From a virus (Duplodnaviria; Caudoviricetes), in IMG/VR virus record IMGVR_UViG_3300024046_000013, positions 1 to 38,950 of that record: a stretch of 38,950 bases of DNA, one strand, 5' to 3'. Below, one piece after another: positions 35,697-38,950 of this stretch. Every line of letters starts with the position of its first letter. The stretch's first letter is position 1. Under the pieces are notes generated by a model that had not been told where the DNA came from, ran no database searches, and worked only from the letters and a program-made list of their open reading frames with translations. Position numbers and translations under genes: made by a program.

Positions 35697-36017
35697 ATGT
35701 ACGCAGAAAATTCCATCCGTTCCGGATCTTCCACCCTCGGCACCGCCACGGAAATGGCGCAGAAGGAAGGCGAAATCACCACGGCATGCTTCGAGCTGGC
35801 CGGAGAAATTGATCTGCTGGAGGGGCATTTGTCAAAGCTGGTTCAACGTCTCGCCCCGGTTTCGGTCCCGGAACCCCCCACAACTGCCGCCGACAAGAAT
35901 GGCGTTGACCTTCGGTATGCCGCCCCTCTCGCCAGCAACATCGATGCCGCCAGTCAGCGCATCCGGCGCCTGATTGAGGTCATTTCTGGTGCGTCCAACC
36001 GCCTGGAACTTCCCTAA
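35697..36017 (+). CDS. Hypothetical protein
   Basis: AGGAG SD; helical; C-terminal RLELP. Confidence 0.65.
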   Translation: MYAENSIRSGSSTLGTATEMAQKEGEITTACFELAGEIDLLEGHLSKLVQRLAPVSVPEPPTTAADKNGVDLRYAAPLASNIDAASQRIRRLIEVISGASNRLELP

Positions 36018-36044
36018 TCACCAGCCCATTCACAAGGAACCCTC

Positions 36045-36464
36045 ATGACCATCGAGCAAGAAATCCAGGCCAAGGGCCTGACCGCGCCCCGGATCACCCC
36101 GGCCGACATCGAGGCGAACATCGTCTCCGAAAACTACTTCACGGGTTTCGAGGCGTCCGCGATGGGGACGGCCCGATATCTGGAGGGGCACGAGGACCGT
36201 CACGTAGACGCCCTGCGCCTGCTGACCTTCTGCATCCTGGTGCTGCGCAACGGTTTCACCGTCACGGGGGAATCGGCGTGCGCCAGCCCCGAGAACTTCG
36301 ACGCCGAGATCGGCCGCAAGATCGCGCGCAGCAACGCCGCGCAGAAAATCTGGCCCCTGATGGGCTACGCCCTGCGCACCGAACTGGCCCGGCCCGCACT
36401 GACCGATGCAGACGCCGCTGCGGATCTCGCTGGCACCGCGCGCCCCGATCACCCCACCATCTGA
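36045..36464 (+). CDS. N4 Gp49/Sf6 gp66-family protein
   Basis: APRITPADIEANI...LTFCILVLRNGFTVTGESACASPENFDAEIGRKIAR.NA..KIWPLMGY. Confidence 0.85.
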   Translation: MTIEQEIQAKGLTAPRITPADIEANIVSENYFTGFEASAMGTARYLEGHEDRHVDALRLLTFCILVLRNGFTVTGESACASPENFDAEIGRKIARSNAAQKIWPLMGYALRTELARPALTDADAAADLAGTARPDHPTI

Positions 36465-36479
36465 CCACCAGGAGCCCAC

Positions 36480-36989
36480 ATGCTCACACTCGAACACCAG
36501 ACCGGCCAATTCACAAACTTCAACCCACGCCCGGAGAAGCACGGCCCGGACACCGTTCCCGGCGCCGATCTGAAGATCACGATGACGGTCAGCAATGACC
36601 TGCTGGCCGAGTTTCACCCCACGCTCAAGTCCATGCTGTTTCGGGAGCCGAACCCCGACGAACAGGATCTGGTTGAAAAGGCCGTCGTCGGCGAACGCGA
36701 CCTGACCCGGCTGCGGTTCGGCAACCATGTCAACGCGATCCGCTGGGCCAGCGAAATCGTGGGTGCCGATCTGACGATCCACTACGGCACCGGCGGAAAA
36801 TCCGACATCGAACTGACCGACGTGACAGTGGACGGCTTCGTGTTCGAGCCCATGGACGGCGGCAGCGTCGTCGTGACATTCCGCGTGAAGTGCAGCCCGA
36901 ACGAGAAGCAGGGGGGGCAACTGTTCACGCTCATGGGCGGCGAAATCGAGTTCACGCTGGCCCCGCCCGAAGACGGCCCCATCGAATAA
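36480..36989 (+). CDS. Conserved hypothetical phage protein
   Basis: AGGAG SD; NPRPEKHG....ADL...LL..FHP.LK..LF; beta-rich. Confidence 0.72.
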   Translation: MLTLEHQTGQFTNFNPRPEKHGPDTVPGADLKITMTVSNDLLAEFHPTLKSMLFREPNPDEQDLVEKAVVGERDLTRLRFGNHVNAIRWASEIVGADLTIHYGTGGKSDIELTDVTVDGFVFEPMDGGSVVVTFRVKCSPNEKQGGQLFTLMGGEIEFTLAPPEDGPIE

Positions 36990-37155
36990 CTCCCTCCCGG
37001 GCCAGGCCGGGCCGCTTCGGCGGAAGACCTTCGGCGGCTGCCCGCCGAGCCCTGGAACGGCAGTACCGGCGCGGATATTGATCTGCCTCTCGCGGCCAGC
37101 GGCGGGACCCCAACATCGGGCATGGACCGCCTGCCCACCAATTTGAGGAAATGAC

Positions 37156-37548
37156 ATGAGCGCAGAAGACTATGAAGACGTGCCGGGCCTTGGAGCCGGA
37201 TTCCCGTTTCCGCCTGACCGTCGCAATGCGGCGCCGTACAAGTGCCGGTTCTGCAAATCCGAAATCAGCTTCAAAAATCGCAAGCCGCTCAACCCGGACG
37301 GTACAGCGCACCATTGCAAAGCTTACCGGGCCGAAAAACAGGCCCCGGCGCCCGCTGTCCCTGCGGACCCGCAGCCCATGTTGTATGCCCTCGCTGCCAT
37401 GAACGCCATCATCGGCGGACAGATCCAGGCGGGCGGCGTGAATTTCATTCACAGCATGAATTTCCACGACGTGGCTGACGCGGCGTGGCAAGTGGCCGCC
37501 GCGATGGTTTCAGCGGAGAAAAACCATCGGGACGAGTTTGGAGGCTGA
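37156..37548 (+). CDS. Hypothetical protein with Zn-ribbon-like segment
   Basis: CRFC...PLNPDGTAHHC; GAGG SD. Confidence 0.65.
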   Translation: MSAEDYEDVPGLGAGFPFPPDRRNAAPYKCRFCKSEISFKNRKPLNPDGTAHHCKAYRAEKQAPAPAVPADPQPMLYALAAMNAIIGGQIQAGGVNFIHSMNFHDVADAAWQVAAAMVSAEKNHRDEFGG

Positions 37549-37549
37549 C

Positions 37550-37951
37550 ATGAGCGAACGAAACGACGGCGGCCCGGCTTTCCCCTTCGAGGGCGGCGCA
37601 AACAACGGCATCCAGCCAAGCAGCGGCAATCCCGAGCCGGTGTGGGATGCAGCCGACCAGAAGATCATGGATGTGCTGGGGCCGATCCAGAGGATGCTTT
37701 CGGACGCACTCCCGCTGATCGACGCCCTGGTGGCTGAGATCGCTCGGCTGCGCGCAGACCGCGATTCATGGGCCGAACAGGCCTCCGCGCGCGTGAGCGA
37801 CTGGGACGAGATGCGGGCGGGTCGGGATCGGCTGTGCGAAGCGCTGGAAGCCATCGCGGCCTACCCGTACACACGGGATCAAGAAATGGGCGTGGCGGCA
37901 ATGCGCAAGATCGCCCGCGCCGCCCTACAGGGAGAATCCCATGAAAGCTGA
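37550..37951 (+). CDS. Hypothetical early protein (DGGPAFP N-terminus, coiled coil)
   Basis: GGAGG SD before ATG 37550; LVAEIARLR coiled coil. Confidence 0.65.
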   Translation: MSERNDGGPAFPFEGGANNGIQPSSGNPEPVWDAADQKIMDVLGPIQRMLSDALPLIDALVAEIARLRADRDSWAEQASARVSDWDEMRAGRDRLCEALEAIAAYPYTRDQEMGVAAMRKIARAALQGESHES

Positions 37952-38117
37952 TACTGCATCCTGGCTCGCCGCTCAGGACAAAACGCCGTATGAAGAAGGG
38001 CGACAAGCCAAACGCGACGGGCGCGGCTGGTTCGCCTGCCCATATTCCGACCCGCTGCGCCGCGAGGCCTGGTTTCGCGGATTCGATGATCAGCCACGGC
38101 ATCAGGAGCCATCATGA
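37941..38117 (+). CDS. Rmf/CrpP-fold-like microprotein (58 aa), absent from the supplied ORF track
   Basis: Hand translation MKADTASWLAAQDKTPYEEGRQAKRDGRGWFACPYSDPLRREAWFRGFDDQPRHQEPS; GGGAGA SD; stop overlaps the next ATG (ATGA). Confidence 0.72.
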   Translation: MKADTASWLAAQDKTPYEEGRQAKRDGRGWFACPYSDPLRREAWFRGFDDQPRHQEPS

Positions 38118-38950
38118 CCCAAGAAATTAAGCTGCTGCCCTGCCCGTGCTGCGGCAGTCCGGCACGCATGAGCGACGAATACCAGGCCAGCGATGGCGAG
38201 CCGGCCGTCGAGTGCTCAGAATGCAATCTGCTGTCGTGGACCGTGGCGGATTGGAACCGCCGAGCTGCCGCTGAAATGAACGACGACATCGAGCTGCCGC
38301 CCCTGCCCGCGTCCCTGCTCGATGTCGAAGCCGAGGCCCGGGCCTACGCGCGAGCGGCGGTCGAGTCCGGCCGGACGGTGCCGAGCAAGAGAGAGATATT
38401 CGATTTGGTCATGAGGTTGGATGATGGCCGATTGTCGAAAGTCCCGCTTGCGACCGTGGAAAAGCTAGTCCACGAGGCCTTGTCCCGCTACGGCCAGCCT
38501 CTCTGCTGCGCCGACGCGCAGAGAGGGCTTCAAAGAGGCGCAGAGAGCCAGCCTGCCGCGAGCGGCTGGACGCCGCCAACCGCCGACGAGCATCTGCAAG
38601 CACTCGCCGCTGGCGACCTGATGGCTCTGGCCGAAGAAGCGGGCGGCAATCGGGTTGCTGAAAACGCGGTCGAAGTGACGCGGGATGACATCTCCAGGAT
38701 CATCACCGCTGCCTCGCAGCCTGCCGCGAGCGCGGAGCCGGTGGCATACCTCACGCGCAACGAGGACGGCGATCCTGCGATGCTGTTTTTCGACCGCACC
38801 GAGGCCGCGACGTACTGCGCTGATGACGAGCAGCCCGAGCCACTGTACGCCGCCCGTGCGGCGAAGGAACAGCCCTGCAACCACATCTTCGAGGCCCGGC
38901 CGATCGACGGCAGCCGGTCCGGCCCGGAGAGCGAGGCTGACCATGGCTGA
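38114..38950 (+). CDS. Lar-family (restriction alleviation) Zn-finger domain fused to a long mosaic C-terminus
   Basis: LLPCPCCGSPA...VECSEC...WNRR N-terminus; C-terminal AEPVAY...EPLYAA module. Confidence 0.68.
   Translation: MTQEIKLLPCPCCGSPARMSDEYQASDGEPAVECSECNLLSWTVADWNRRAAAEMNDDIELPPLPASLLDVEAEARAYARAAVESGRTVPSKREIFDLVMRLDDGRLSKVPLATVEKLVHEALSRYGQPLCCADAQRGLQRGAESQPAASGWTPPTADEHLQALAAGDLMALAEEAGGNRVAENAVEVTRDDISRIITAASQPAASAEPVAYLTRNEDGDPAMLFFDRTEAATYCADDEQPEPLYAARAAKEQPCNHIFEARPIDGSRSGPESEADHG

Larger units (their letters stand above)
1..38950. mobile_element. Temperate prophage, BPP-1/epsilon15-like podovirus virion genes with lambdoid immunity and replication region; right end and att sites lie outside the window
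   Basis: Contiguous integrase, lysis, tail, head, terminase, replication, cro/cI and early recombination genes; the ATG of a further gene (38943) runs off the right edge. Confidence 0.96.

Noticed and set aside
37065-37140. tRNA suggested by terminal CCACCA
   Set aside because: No GTTC T-loop, D-loop or cloverleaf; kept only as a generic structured-RNA candidate
1-38950. attL/attR direct repeats and excisionase
   Set aside because: The window starts at the int ATG and ends inside the early operon, so these cannot be seen

Overview
The whole window is most of one GC-rich temperate prophage with a podovirus-type (BPP-1/epsilon15-like) virion module and a lambdoid control region. The host is probably betaproteobacterial (inference from gene content). 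Left to right it holds: a tyrosine integrase (+); on the - strand, a lysis cassette (Rz with embedded Rz1, SAR-type endolysin, a 38-aa membrane ORF, holin), tail fibre and its accessory gene, three ejection/internal virion proteins (one a 2095-aa polyvalent protein), tail tube B and A, cement protein, major capsid, scaffold, staple protein, portal, a GNAT + cupin-like pair, TerL/TerS, an HTH protein, nin-type nucleases, DnaB, a replication initiator with internal iterons, a CII-like gene and cro; then on the + strand cI, a low-GC membrane moron and a long early operon (hexapeptide-repeat protein, ERF, exonuclease, Gp49/Sf6-gp66-family protein, Rmf-like microprotein, Lar-like protein) that runs off the right edge. 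The clearest unexplained structure is a five-copy late-promoter motif, GGTGCGCGT(A/G)TC-N15-(-10 box); three copies sit exactly 6 nt before an ATG, implying leaderless mRNAs, and an adjacent HTH gene is a candidate activator. Other notable items are a near-identical C-terminal tag on the scaffold and staple proteins, an unlisted Rmf-like microprotein and an extra coupled lysis microprotein. No tRNA, rRNA, CRISPR array, att site or DGR was seen. All family assignments come from motif recognition by eye, not from database searches.
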